A DNA stretch of 29,988 nucleotides from an uncultured Candidatus Saccharibacteria bacterium (GCA_964483075.1 CAYZZO010000001.1:1-29988), one strand, 5' to 3'. Counted from the stretch's first letter, positions 18,881 through 28,092 are shown. Numbers and translations are program-made. The notes: a model not told the origin generated them from the letters alone.

Positions 18881-20113
18881 TTACGGTTTAGACAACTTAA
18901 CAAACTTTCTCCGGCCTACCTGGACTATCTTTCCTTTTTTGACTTCGATAGTTGCCTTCCAATCGTTTTCTGTCTTGCCGTCTATTTTAACTCCTTTTTG
19001 TTCTATCAATCTTCTCGCTTCTCCTTTTGAAGAGGCGAGTTTTGCTTTTACTAATAAGTCCAAAAGCAAAATTTCTTTTTCTTTAATTTTAAATAGAGTA
19101 ATTTTTGAAGGTGTTTTTTTTTCTTTAAAAACTCTTTTAAATTCCGCTGCTGCTTTCCGAGCAGAAGCATCGCCGTAATAAACTTTAACAATTTTTTTAG
19201 CTAATTCCGACTTTAAATCTTTAGGATTTTTCTTGCTCTTTTTAAGCTTCTTAATTTCCGACAAGGAGGCACTTGTAAGAAGTTCAAAATAATTGAAAAT
19301 AAGATTATCTGGAATAGACATAATTTTCCCATACATCTCATTGGCCGAGTCATCTATCCAGACGCAGTTTCCAGACGTTTTACTCATTTGTTTTCCGTCA
19401 ATTCCGGCAATCATTGAAAGAGTTAAAACAAACTTTTCTTTATTTTTCATTTTTCTCTCAAGTTCTCTGCCAATAAGCATATTAAAAACCTGATCGGTAC
19501 CCCCTATTTCTAGGTCAACCCCTAGGTGAACAGAATCATATCCTTGGAGAAGTGGGTATAAAACCTCATGCATCCAAACCGTATTGCCATTTTTAATTCT
19601 TCTGCGAAAACTGTCCCTTTGAAAAAGCTTCACTGCTGAAATATTAGAGGCGATGTCGATAATATCCTCTAATTTAAGCTTTAAGAGCCAATCTCCGTTA
19701 TATTTAATCTTTACTTTTGAAAAATCTAAAATTTTTTTCGCCTGCTTTTTCCATGTTTGAATATTTCTTTGAATTTCTTTTTTAGAAATTTTTTTTCTTG
19801 TTTCTTCTCTTAGAGAAGGGTCTCCAGCAAAAACTGTTCCCGTCCCAACCACTAAAAATGTTTCGCACCCTAAATCTGCGAACTCTTGGAGCTTCCTCAG
19901 TCCAATAGTATGGCCAAGATGAAGTTTAGGGGCCGTAGGATCAATCCCGAAATAAACTCGTATTTTTCTTTCTTTCATTAATTCTTTTAATTTATTCTTA
20001 TCTGGTAAAATCTGCTCTACTCCGCTCGTCAGAGTCTCTTCTATTGCTTCTTGTCTCCCGCTTGTCTGCCGAAAAAAACGGGGGTTTTTTTGTTGTCCGT
20101 CCTTTATCTTCAT
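18881..20113 (-). CDS. tyrS: Tyrosine--tRNA ligase
   Basis: YFGIDPTAPKLHLGH (HIGH-type), YPLLQGYD, GGTDQ, QMSKT (KMSKS-type), C-terminal S4 domain. Confidence 0.97.
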   Translation of the reverse strand: MKIKDGQQKNPRFFRQTSGRQEAIEETLTSGVEQILPDKNKLKELMKERKIRVYFGIDPTAPKLHLGHTIGLRKLQEFADLGCETFLVVGTGTVFAGDPSLREETRKKISKKEIQRNIQTWKKQAKKILDFSKVKIKYNGDWLLKLKLEDIIDIASNISAVKLFQRDSFRRRIKNGNTVWMHEVLYPLLQGYDSVHLGVDLEIGGTDQVFNMLIGRELERKMKNKEKFVLTLSMIAGIDGKQMSKTSGNCVWIDDSANEMYGKIMSIPDNLIFNYFELLTSASLSEIKKLKKSKKNPKDLKSELAKKIVKVYYGDASARKAAAEFKRVFKEKKTPSKITLFKIKEKEILLLDLLVKAKLASSKGEARRLIEQKGVKIDGKTENDWKATIEVKKGKIVQVGRRKFVKLSKP

Positions 20114-20157
20114 ACGTTTTTATCGTAGAATAAGAATATGAAATTGTAAAGAAAGAT

Positions 20158-22119
20158 ATGGTAAAAAGAATATATGCAAGAAAAACATATAAGGAAGGGA
20201 AGGACAAAAAAAAAGAGAAAATTTACCGAGTATTTATTTTTTTAAGTGCTCTCTTCTTTTCTTTTATAGCTTTTTTGCTACTTATGTTTCTTTACTTCGC
20301 AAAAGACCTCCCACGACCCGAAGATTTTAACGAGAGAGAGCCAATTCAGTCAACCAAAATATACGACAGAACGGGAGAAATTCTGCTTTATGAGTTATAC
20401 GGTGAAGAGAAAAGAGACATTGTATCGTTAGACAAGGTTTCCAAACGCTTAAAAGAGGCCGTAATCGCCACAGAAGACGCTAATTTTTATAAACATCACG
20501 GCATAGATATAGACGGAATCTTCCGTGCCGTTAAGCTTGACCTAAAATCAAAGAGCTTTACTTACGGCGGTTCTACTATCTCCCAGCAACTTATTCGTTC
20601 TACGTTTTTGACAAACAAAAAAACTATAAAAAGAAAAATAAGAGAAATTATTTTAACATTAGAGCTGGAAAGACGCTATTCAAAAAAGCAAATTTTAGGA
20701 TGGTATTTAAATCAAATTCCATTCGGGCCTAATATTTATGGCGTCGAGTCCGCTTCTAAAACATATTTCAACAAGTCGGCTCAGTCGCTTTCTTTAGCTG
20801 AAGCGGCAACATTAACCGCTCTAATAAAAGCGCCAAGTTATTATTCAAGCAACGGAAATGAAGACAAATTGATAGGGAGAAGAAACTACGTCCTTGATCG
20901 AATGGAAGAAGAGCACTATATAAGCAAAGAAGAGGCAGAAAAGGCAAAAAAAGAAGAATTAAATTTTAATAGAGGCCCGCAGGCAATTAAAGCTCCTCAT
21001 TTTGTCCTCTATATTGAAAATTATCTCTTTAAAAAATACGGAAAGAACTTTTTGGAACAAGGAGGATTTAAGATTTATACTTCCTTAAATTGGAACTTTC
21101 AGGAAGAGGCGGAAAAAATCGTAAAAGAAGGAGCGGAAAGAAATAAAATGTATAATGCCTACAATGCCGCTTTAGTCGCAATTAACCCAAAAACTGGTGA
21201 AATTTTAGCTATGGTTGGATCGAAGGATTGGTATGCAAAGAAGAAAGAAGGGTGCGACAAGAAAACGGGAAGGTGCAAGTTTGATCCGAAAGTTAATGTC
21301 GCCACGTATAGAATAGGAAGGCAACCCGGTTCTGCCTTTAAGCCCTTTGTTTACGCTACCGCTTTTCAAAATGGATACACGGATAAAACTATCGTTGTTG
21401 ACGAAAAAACAGATTTTGGGGTCTGGGGAGGAAAACATTATATTCCCGAGAACTATGATGGCAAGTTTAGAGGAGCAGTAACTTTAAGGCAAGCCCTAGC
21501 TCAATCGCTAAATATTCCTTCAATTAAGGTTCTAATTAATTTAGCCGGCATAGCGAAAAGTATTGAAAACGCCAGAAAATTCGGAATCACCACTCTCAAT
21601 AAACCCGATTCCTTTTACGGCCCTTCAATTGTTTTAGGAGGAGGAGAGGTTAAATTACTTGATATGGTCTCCGCTTACGGAGTTTTTCCCACCGAAGGGC
21701 TTAAAATTAATCCTGTCTCCATTTTAAAAATCGAAGATTCTAAAGGAAACATAATTGAAAAGTCTAGGGTAAACCCTAAAAGGGTGTTGGATAAAAAATC
21801 GGCGCGATTAATCAATAGTATACTTTCGGATAACAAAGCGCGAGCGCCAATGTTCGGATTCAACTCGACGCTTTATTTTAAAAACTACAAAGTAGCGGCC
21901 AAGACAGGAACGACTAATAATTTTCGCGACGCTTGGACTATTGGCTATACACCCTCGTTGGTAGTTGGGGTCTGGGCAGGAAACAATAATAACGAACCTA
22001 TGTCTAAATATCCGGCAATAACTATAGCGGGACATATCTGGAGAAGGTTTCTCTTAAAAGTTCTTCCGAAAATCCCGAAAGAAAGTTTTATTTCTCCAGA
22101 AGAATCAAAAGAAAAATAA
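20158..22119 (+). CDS. Class A penicillin-binding protein (transglycosylase/transpeptidase, PBP1A-like)
   Basis: N-terminal TM, TEDANFYKHHGID, GGSTISQQL, YLNQIPFG. Transpeptidase motifs SAFK (SxxK), SLN (SxN) and KTG. Confidence 0.96.
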   Translation: MVKRIYARKTYKEGKDKKKEKIYRVFIFLSALFFSFIAFLLLMFLYFAKDLPRPEDFNEREPIQSTKIYDRTGEILLYELYGEEKRDIVSLDKVSKRLKEAVIATEDANFYKHHGIDIDGIFRAVKLDLKSKSFTYGGSTISQQLIRSTFLTNKKTIKRKIREIILTLELERRYSKKQILGWYLNQIPFGPNIYGVESASKTYFNKSAQSLSLAEAATLTALIKAPSYYSSNGNEDKLIGRRNYVLDRMEEEHYISKEEAEKAKKEELNFNRGPQAIKAPHFVLYIENYLFKKYGKNFLEQGGFKIYTSLNWNFQEEAEKIVKEGAERNKMYNAYNAALVAINPKTGEILAMVGSKDWYAKKKEGCDKKTGRCKFDPKVNVATYRIGRQPGSAFKPFVYATAFQNGYTDKTIVVDEKTDFGVWGGKHYIPENYDGKFRGAVTLRQALAQSLNIPSIKVLINLAGIAKSIENARKFGITTLNKPDSFYGPSIVLGGGEVKLLDMVSAYGVFPTEGLKINPVSILKIEDSKGNIIEKSRVNPKRVLDKKSARLINSILSDNKARAPMFGFNSTLYFKNYKVAAKTGTTNNFRDAWTIGYTPSLVVGVWAGNNNNEPMSKYPAITIAGHIWRRFLLKVLPKIPKESFISPEESKEK

Positions 22120-22181
22120 AGAAAAATAAAGAGCCAATCCGGTTTACCGCCCCAGAACAGTTTTTATTCTTGTTTTGGCTA

Positions 22182-22190
22182 TGATATAAT
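22182..22190 (+). promoter_or_regulatory. Extended -10 promoter upstream of the PrgI/VirB4 operon
   Basis: TGaTATAAT, about 93 nt upstream of the ATG at 22284. Confidence 0.5.
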
Positions 22191-22283
22191 AAATTAAATT
22201 ATTACATTGTTGTATTGTTAACCTTCTAATAACATAACAATAAGCAAGCAAGGCAAGCGATAAACAATATAACGACGTGCTTT

Positions 22284-22706
22284 ATGCCTAAATATTCAAA
22301 AGAAGAGCTTTGGGGCTTGTACGATGGACTCCCCACAGAACTAAAACATGCTGTGTTTTCAGAAGAGATAGCAAACAATCTTTATAATATATACAAAGAA
22401 AGCGCCATAGAAGACGAAGGCAAGATGTCGCAAATCTCTGAAAATGTCGGATATGTTTTTCTCGGGTTGATTCCTCCGGAAAAATTTAAAAAAATACTAG
22501 AAAGGGAAGTTGGTCTTAAAAAAAACACCAGAGAAAAAATATATCAAAAAATAAATGATTCCATATTTTTCCCACTCAAAAAATGGTTGGATAGTCTCTA
22601 TGGTATAAAAATAAAAATAGAAGAGAAGCCAAAAATCTCTCAACCTAAAAAACCAACAGAGAAAAAATCAACAAAAAAAGATGTTTACAGGGAACCTCTT
22701 AGATAA
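22284..22706 (+). CDS. Hypothetical helical protein, first gene of the PrgI/VirB4 operon
   Basis: 140 aa ORF with clean boundaries and its own promoter. Ends with the DxYREP motif (KDVYREPLR). Function not recognisable. Confidence 0.75.
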   Translation: MPKYSKEELWGLYDGLPTELKHAVFSEEIANNLYNIYKESAIEDEGKMSQISENVGYVFLGLIPPEKFKKILEREVGLKKNTREKIYQKINDSIFFPLKKWLDSLYGIKIKIEEKPKISQPKKPTEKKSTKKDVYREPLR

Positions 22707-22775
22707 ATCTACCAAAGACCATAACCTAAACACCGACCCAATGTTTAGGTCATGGCGTTTAGTGTTGATAAATCT

Positions 22776-23201
22776 ATGCAATTTACTATCCCCCAATTTA
22801 TTGAAAAGGAACCAAAAATAATCGGACCATTCACTTTTAAGCAGTTCATTTTCATTGGCATTGCTGTCGCCATATGTATTTTTCTTTATTTTACAGTTCC
22901 TATGTTTGTGTTTGTTGTTTCGGCAATAATATTACTAGGAGGTGGATTCTCCCTAGCACTTTTAAAGGTAGAGAGAACCCCTTTGCCGACCATCATAAAA
23001 AATTCATTTCTTTTCCTCTTTAAGCCGAAACTTTATCTATGGAAAAAGAGAAATTTTACTCCAAGGGTCCTAAAAAGAGAGAGATTTCTAACCAGCCAGA
23101 AGAAAGAAGAAGAAAAAAAAGAAAAAGAGAATCCTCTTTTGAGTTTCGGGAAGGGCGGAAGATTAAAAAAATTATTTACTAATCTAGAAGTAAAAAAATA
23201 A
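22776..23201 (+). CDS. PrgI-family (VirB3-like) membrane protein
   Basis: Likely start MQFTIPQFIEKEPKIIGPFTFKQF (the track starts at 22752). Two TM helices. Lies upstream of a VirB4 ATPase. Confidence 0.8.
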   Translation: MQFTIPQFIEKEPKIIGPFTFKQFIFIGIAVAICIFLYFTVPMFVFVVSAIILLGGGFSLALLKVERTPLPTIIKNSFLFLFKPKLYLWKKRNFTPRVLKRERFLTSQKKEEEKKEKENPLLSFGKGGRLKKLFTNLEVKK

Positions 23202-23216
23202 TAAAATAGTCAATTT

Positions 23217-23849
23217 ATGGCAGGAGAATCAACTCAAAATTTTTTAGAATTCGACCAAATTAGAAACGGCGTTATCATTCTTAAAAACAAAGGTTTAAGG
23301 ATGATTCTGATGGTTTCTTCATTAAATTTTGCCTTAAAATCGGTTGAAGAACAGGACGCTATTTTATACCAATTTCAAAATTTTTTAAATTCTTTGGATT
23401 TCTCTTGTCAGATTATTGTTCAATCGAGGCGACTTAATATTACTGGATACATAGACAAATTAAAGACTATTGGGAAAAAAGAAACAAACGAACTACTTAA
23501 AGTACAAATCGAAGAATATATAAAATTCATAAATAAAATTGTCGGAGGAGGCTCAATTATGCAGAAAACTTTTTATGTGGTAGTTCCCTTTTCTATTTCC
23601 GAAATAAAAACAACTCGAGAAGGAGGACCATCCATAAATATCCCCACCTTCTCTGAAGAAATGTTTCAAAGAGCAAAGGTTCAACTTCTCCAACGAGTAG
23701 AGTTTACTTCCTTGGGTTTAAGGTCTTGCGGCCTCAGAGCTATTCCTTTAAACACGACAGAAATTATCGAGCTCTTTTGGGGGCTACACCACCAAAAAGA
23801 GGCAGAACGCGGCTATTATCCCGAATTTCCCCCAGAGTTAACGAGATAA
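23217..23849 (+). CDS. Conserved protein between PrgI and VirB4 (resembles the N-terminal partner domain of Gram-positive-type conjugation ATPases)
   Basis: 210 aa. Segments such as LNFALKSVEEQDAI...FLNSLDF..QI and its operon position. The family assignment is an inference. Confidence 0.6.
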   Translation: MAGESTQNFLEFDQIRNGVIILKNKGLRMILMVSSLNFALKSVEEQDAILYQFQNFLNSLDFSCQIIVQSRRLNITGYIDKLKTIGKKETNELLKVQIEEYIKFINKIVGGGSIMQKTFYVVVPFSISEIKTTREGGPSINIPTFSEEMFQRAKVQLLQRVEFTSLGLRSCGLRAIPLNTTEIIELFWGLHHQKEAERGYYPEFPPELTR

Positions 23850-23906
23850 ACATGGCCCCCAACCCATCTATCTACGCAATTAGATAGACATTAATGATTT
23901 AAAAAT

Positions 23907-25712
23907 ATGAAATTTCCTTCATTTAATTTCTTAAAAAGAGGTGAGAAAATCCCGGAAGTCCACAGGGAAGAACCTTTAAGGGTTGCAGATATCATTGCTC
24001 CTTCTTTTGTTCAGGTTGAACAGAACTATATTAAAGTCGGGGAACGGATTGCAAAAAGTTATTTTATTTTTTCCTACCCGAGATATTTAAGCAGCGGCTG
24101 GCTTTCTCCAATAATCAATATAAATATCCCGATGGATATTTCTTTTCACTTACACCCGGTTTCTAGTGAGAAAATTTTAAAAAAACTAAGAAGAAAGACC
24201 ACCGAAGTCCAAGCGGAGATAGAAGAAAGAGAGGAAAAAGGATTAATCAGGGACCCAACGTTAGAAGTCGCTTTTCAAGACCTGGAAACATTGAGAGATA
24301 AGCTCCAAACAGCTCAGGAAAGAATGTTTCATCTTAGTCTTTATATCACTATATATGGAAATACAGAAAAAGAATTGAACAGCGTTGAGGTCAATCTTCG
24401 TTCGATTTTAGAGTCCCGTTTAATTTATGTTAAACCGGCTATTTACCAGCAAAAAGAAGGGTTTATTTGTACTTCTCCTTACGGACTTGATGTCTTGGCA
24501 GATTCAACCCTGATGGACACCTCTCCCCTCTCAAGCACCTTCCCCTTTGTCTCATTTGATTTAAGCTCAAACGAAGGAATACTTTACGGAATCAATAAAC
24601 ACAATGAATCGCTTGTTTTGTTCGACCGTTTTAGCCTACCCAATGCCAATTCGGTAATATTCGGAACGTCCGGTGGAGGAAAAAGTTATAGCGTTAAATT
24701 AGAAGTGCTAAGATACTTAATGCTTGGCGTAGATGGAATAATCATAGACCCTGAAAATGAATATAAGTTCTTGGCAGAGGCTGTCGGCGGCTCTTTTTTT
24801 AATATTTCACTCGCCTCACCTAATCATATTAATCCTTTTGACTTACCAGCACCAAGAGAAGATGAAAAGCCAGAGGATGTTTTGAGGTCTAACATCATCA
24901 ATCTTGTCGGACTAATGAGGGTTATTCTCGACGGACTTAGCGCCGAAGAAGACGGTATTATCGATAGGGCAATTACAGAAACTTATGCCGCAAAGGACAT
25001 CACTATAAACAGCGATCCAAAGCTTTGGGGGAAGGAACTTCCTTTCCCGAGAATGTCAGACCTTGAAGATGTGCTTCTTGGAATGGAAGGAACGGAATCT
25101 TTAGTCAGGAGGATACAAAGATTCACGAAGGGAGTTTACTCAAGTTTTTTCAACCAGCCGACAAACATCGATATTAACAAAAATCTGGTTGTCTTTGGTG
25201 TCCGTGACATGGAAGACGAGCTCCGGCCAATGGCTCTCTTCATGATTCTACGTTATATATGGAATGTAGTTACCTCAAAATTAAAAAAACGACTGTTAAT
25301 CGTAGACGAAGCTTGGTGGCTAATGCAGAATGAAGATGGAGCCTCTTTTCTCTTCGGAACAGTGAAAAGAGCAAGGAAATACTGGCTCGGAGTAACCACT
25401 ATCACTCAGGATGTCGGCGATTTTATGAAATCAGAATATGGAAAACCAATAATTACTAATTCCTCGTTGGCCGTTTTATTAAAACAGAGTGCCGCCACGA
25501 TAGAAACGGTTAAAAAGACCTTTAATCTGACCGATGAAGAAAAGGTGATTTTACTAGAGACCCCAACGGGAGAAGGAATATTTTTTGCTGGGACAAAGCA
25601 TGTTCTAATTAGGGTTGTTGCGTCTAACGCCGAAAATCAGATAATAACCTCTTCACCAGAAGAGATTATGAAAATAAAAGAAGCCAAAAGAAGAGAAGAT
25701 ACAAACTATTAA
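23907..25712 (+). CDS. VirB4/TraC-like type IV secretion ATPase
   Basis: 601 aa. NANSVIFGTSGGGKS (Walker A), IIIDPENEY, INPFD, LLIVDEAWWL (Walker B), RARKY, TITQDV. Confidence 0.9.
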   Translation: MKFPSFNFLKRGEKIPEVHREEPLRVADIIAPSFVQVEQNYIKVGERIAKSYFIFSYPRYLSSGWLSPIININIPMDISFHLHPVSSEKILKKLRRKTTEVQAEIEEREEKGLIRDPTLEVAFQDLETLRDKLQTAQERMFHLSLYITIYGNTEKELNSVEVNLRSILESRLIYVKPAIYQQKEGFICTSPYGLDVLADSTLMDTSPLSSTFPFVSFDLSSNEGILYGINKHNESLVLFDRFSLPNANSVIFGTSGGGKSYSVKLEVLRYLMLGVDGIIIDPENEYKFLAEAVGGSFFNISLASPNHINPFDLPAPREDEKPEDVLRSNIINLVGLMRVILDGLSAEEDGIIDRAITETYAAKDITINSDPKLWGKELPFPRMSDLEDVLLGMEGTESLVRRIQRFTKGVYSSFFNQPTNIDINKNLVVFGVRDMEDELRPMALFMILRYIWNVVTSKLKKRLLIVDEAWWLMQNEDGASFLFGTVKRARKYWLGVTTITQDVGDFMKSEYGKPIITNSSLAVLLKQSAATIETVKKTFNLTDEEKVILLETPTGEGIFFAGTKHVLIRVVASNAENQIITSSPEEIMKIKEAKRREDTNY

Positions 25713-25737
25713 ATAGCTAAACCCAATACGTGATAAG

Positions 25738-26052
25738 ATGTCAGGAGAAAACAAAGTAAACGTTAAAGAAAAAAAGAAAAGCGGTTGGTTTCAAAAGATT
25801 CCCTCTGAGATTTTACTCTCTCCCGGAGGAGTGTTTTTAGTTATTTTCGCCCTTATAATGGAAATTATTGACATTATTCCCGTTCCCTTTGTTGACCAGC
25901 TATGGGAGATACCTATGGAAATTATTTTTATGATATTGTTGGTTGCAATAGCCAAAGTTCCCCTTAAAAGCCTTATAATTCCTTTCCTTATTGAGCGCAT
26001 CCCGATTGTAAGCGATATTGTCCCTTCATGGTTAATCCGAATGTTTATTTAA
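25738..26052 (+). CDS. Small hydrophobic membrane protein, last gene of the VirB4 operon
   Basis: 104 aa with a basic N-terminus and 2-3 hydrophobic segments. Confidence 0.7.
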   Translation: MSGENKVNVKEKKKSGWFQKIPSEILLSPGGVFLVIFALIMEIIDIIPVPFVDQLWEIPMEIIFMILLVAIAKVPLKSLIIPFLIERIPIVSDIVPSWLIRMFI

Positions 26053-26078
26053 TTATTGATTAAATCGTTGCCCAAAAT

Positions 26079-26135
26079 AAAAAAGAGCTTAAAGAATATT
26101 AAACCTATCACATGGTATTCTCTAAGCTCTTTTTT
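26079..26135. terminator. Bidirectional terminator-like hairpin between the VirB4 operon and jag
   Basis: aaaaaagagcttaaagaata / tattctctaagctctttttt: 20-nt arms with 1 mismatch and a 17-nt loop, between convergent genes. Confidence 0.7.
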
Positions 26136-26171
26136 GTTCTTTCTTAACCTTCGATTAAACTGACCGTATTG

Positions 26172-26633
26172 CTAAGATTTTGGTTTAATGACTACTTTCC
26201 TTTCTGGTTCTTGTCCAACACTCTCAGTATCGACATCCGGCCGGCCAGCTAACTCTAAATGGATAATTCTTCTCTCGTAGGACAACATTGGCTCTAAAAA
26301 TTTTTCCTTTTTTGTTATGGCAACTTCGTCCGCCAATTCGCGAGCTATTTCTTTTAGCCGCTCCGCTTTTTTCTCTTTATACCCATCAACGTCCATATCA
26401 AGAAAAAAACTATCTAAAAATTTTTTTCTTAGTATGGCTTTCAAAAGATGTTGAGTATCATTAAGCGTGTGGCCATTTTTACCGATTAAAACTTTCGGCT
26501 CTTCACTTTTCACTTTTAAAGAAATAGTTTCTTCTTTGACGAACAGGTCTTTTATCTCAACCAAAAAACCCATTTTCTCAAAGAATTCTTCAGCTGTTTT
26601 TTTTATTTCTTCTTTTTTTTCTTCTAAAGCCAT
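26172..26633 (-). CDS. jag: Jag/KhpB (EloR)-like RNA-binding protein, KH + R3H
   Basis: Likely start MALEEKK at 26633 (the track start overlaps yidC). KH motif LIGKNGHTL, R3H motif ERRIIHLEL, follows yidC. Confidence 0.88.
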   Translation of the reverse strand: MALEEKKEEIKKTAEEFFEKMGFLVEIKDLFVKEETISLKVKSEEPKVLIGKNGHTLNDTQHLLKAILRKKFLDSFFLDMDVDGYKEKKAERLKEIARELADEVAITKKEKFLEPMLSYERRIIHLELAGRPDVDTESVGQEPERKVVIKPKS

Positions 26634-26682
26634 AATAATAATTTTGGGACCAAATAAGTTTTTTTTCGGAAATTTTGTTTGG

Positions 26683-27411
26683 CTAAACCGCCTGTTCAGA
26701 TTTTTTTTCTGATTTGAAAATAAGATACTGCTGTCCAATAGTAAAAAGAGTAACTGTCACCCAATAAAGACCAATAGCTGAAGGTAGGCCGAAGAGAATT
26801 ATTACCGTAAAGACAGGCATAAAGTATTGCATCTGTTTCTGCATCTTTGCCGAAAAATCAGAATCTTTCTTAGTTCTCCCGTTTGTTTTTGGAGAAATCA
26901 TTTTTGTTTGAAAAAATTGAAAAATTCCCGCTAAAAATGCCAAGACAAGGTTCGGCTTAGCAAGGTCTATGATACCTAAAAAAAAGGTGTTAATCAAGCC
27001 CGGATCGGGAATAAAGCTATAAAGAAGAGCAGTCTGTCCTGGCTGAAACTCATTCCAAAAAACCCTGTAAAGGGCAAATAATATCGGCAGTTGAATAAGT
27101 AATGGCAAACACCCAGAGAAAGGATTTATTTTTTTCTCTTTGTAGAGAGCCATCATCGCCTTTGTCTGTTCCTCTTTATTGCCTTTGTGTTTTACCTGTA
27201 TTTCTTTTATTTTTGGTTGTAGTTCGGAAAGCGCTTTTTGCGATTTAACCCCCTGAGAGCCAAATGGGTATAAGACAAGCTTGATTAAAACCGTTAAAAC
27301 TATTATTGCTACCCCGAAGTCATGTCCAGGAAAATACTCGTAAATTAAAATCAAGCCGTTTAAAAGCGGCTGATATAGAATTACATTAAAAGCAGTAATT
27401 AGAAAAGACAT
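26683..27411 (-). CDS. yidC: Membrane protein insertase YidC (short form without large periplasmic domain)
   Basis: FGVAIIVLTVLIKLVLYP, LQPKIKEIQ, NPFSGCLPLLIQLPILFALY, LPSAIGLYW. Confidence 0.96.
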   Translation of the reverse strand: MSFLITAFNVILYQPLLNGLILIYEYFPGHDFGVAIIVLTVLIKLVLYPFGSQGVKSQKALSELQPKIKEIQVKHKGNKEEQTKAMMALYKEKKINPFSGCLPLLIQLPILFALYRVFWNEFQPGQTALLYSFIPDPGLINTFFLGIIDLAKPNLVLAFLAGIFQFFQTKMISPKTNGRTKKDSDFSAKMQKQMQYFMPVFTVIILFGLPSAIGLYWVTVTLFTIGQQYLIFKSEKKSEQAV

Positions 27412-27452
27412 GGGTTAAATTAAAGTCGAAAGTTAAAATTAAACCGATTTTG

Positions 27453-27532
27453 AAATCCAAAATCTAAAATCCTTAATTTAAACATTTGCCATTTAGGCAT
27501 TTAGTTATTTATTATTTGAGCTTTGAGTTTTT
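27453..27532. repeat. Degenerate heptamer array in the yidD-yidC spacer
   Basis: aaatcca-aaatcta-aaatcct, then catttgc-catttag-gcatttag-ttattta-ttatttg-agctttg-agttttt. Confidence 0.7.
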
Positions 27533-27533
27533 A

Positions 27534-27749
27534 CTACGGCATATCAACTCCTCCTGGATTCCAAGGATTGCACCTCAAAACTCTTTTGAATCCTTTCCAT
27601 AAACCCTTTAAAACTCCGTATTTTTTAACAGACAGATAAGAATATTGGGAACAACTTGGATAAAAACGGCAATGACTTCCTATATTCGGAGATATGAATT
27701 TTTGATAGACCTTAATGCTTTTTAGAATAAATATTTTAAGCAAATTCAT
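27534..27749 (-). CDS. yidD: Membrane protein insertion efficiency factor YidD
   Basis: YQKFISP, CRFYPSCSQY, RVLRCNPWNPGGVD. Confidence 0.96.
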   Translation of the reverse strand: MNLLKIFILKSIKVYQKFISPNIGSHCRFYPSCSQYSYLSVKKYGVLKGLWKGFKRVLRCNPWNPGGVDMP

Positions 27750-28090
27750 AAAGTTAACCCCGCTTTCCGAACAAGCGTCATTAGGAATTCATCGATGTCC
27801 CGAGGATTATCTTCAATGCCCGGCAGGGCTATTATAACCACATCAAACCCTTTTTTAATCCCAGAAAGATTATTTTTAATCGCTTCTCTCATTTTTCTTT
27901 TTATTTTATTCCTAACAACTGCTTTTTTTGAAATCTTCTTGCTTACTATAAAACCAAAACGACTTTCGGGAAAGACGTTTTTTTTTGTTCTTAAGTACGC
28001 CCTGAAAGGAGTAAACTCATATTTTTTTCCTTTTTTAAAAACAACGCCAAAGTCTTTTTTTTTAGTTAATCTGTTGGGTCCGGCAAGCAT
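27746..28090 (-). CDS. rnpA: Ribonuclease P protein component
   Basis: NRLTKKKDF, SRFGFIVSKKI, KAVVRNKIKR (RNR motif region). Synteny with rpmH and yidD. Confidence 0.95.
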   Translation of the reverse strand: MLAGPNRLTKKKDFGVVFKKGKKYEFTPFRAYLRTKKNVFPESRFGFIVSKKISKKAVVRNKIKRKMREAIKNNLSGIKKGFDVVIIALPGIEDNPRDIDEFLMTLVRKAGLTL

Positions 28091-28092
28091 AA

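Noticed and set aside
22284-26052. Integrative conjugative element
   Set aside because: No integrase, relaxase, coupling protein or flanking direct repeats are visible, and the flanks are core genes.
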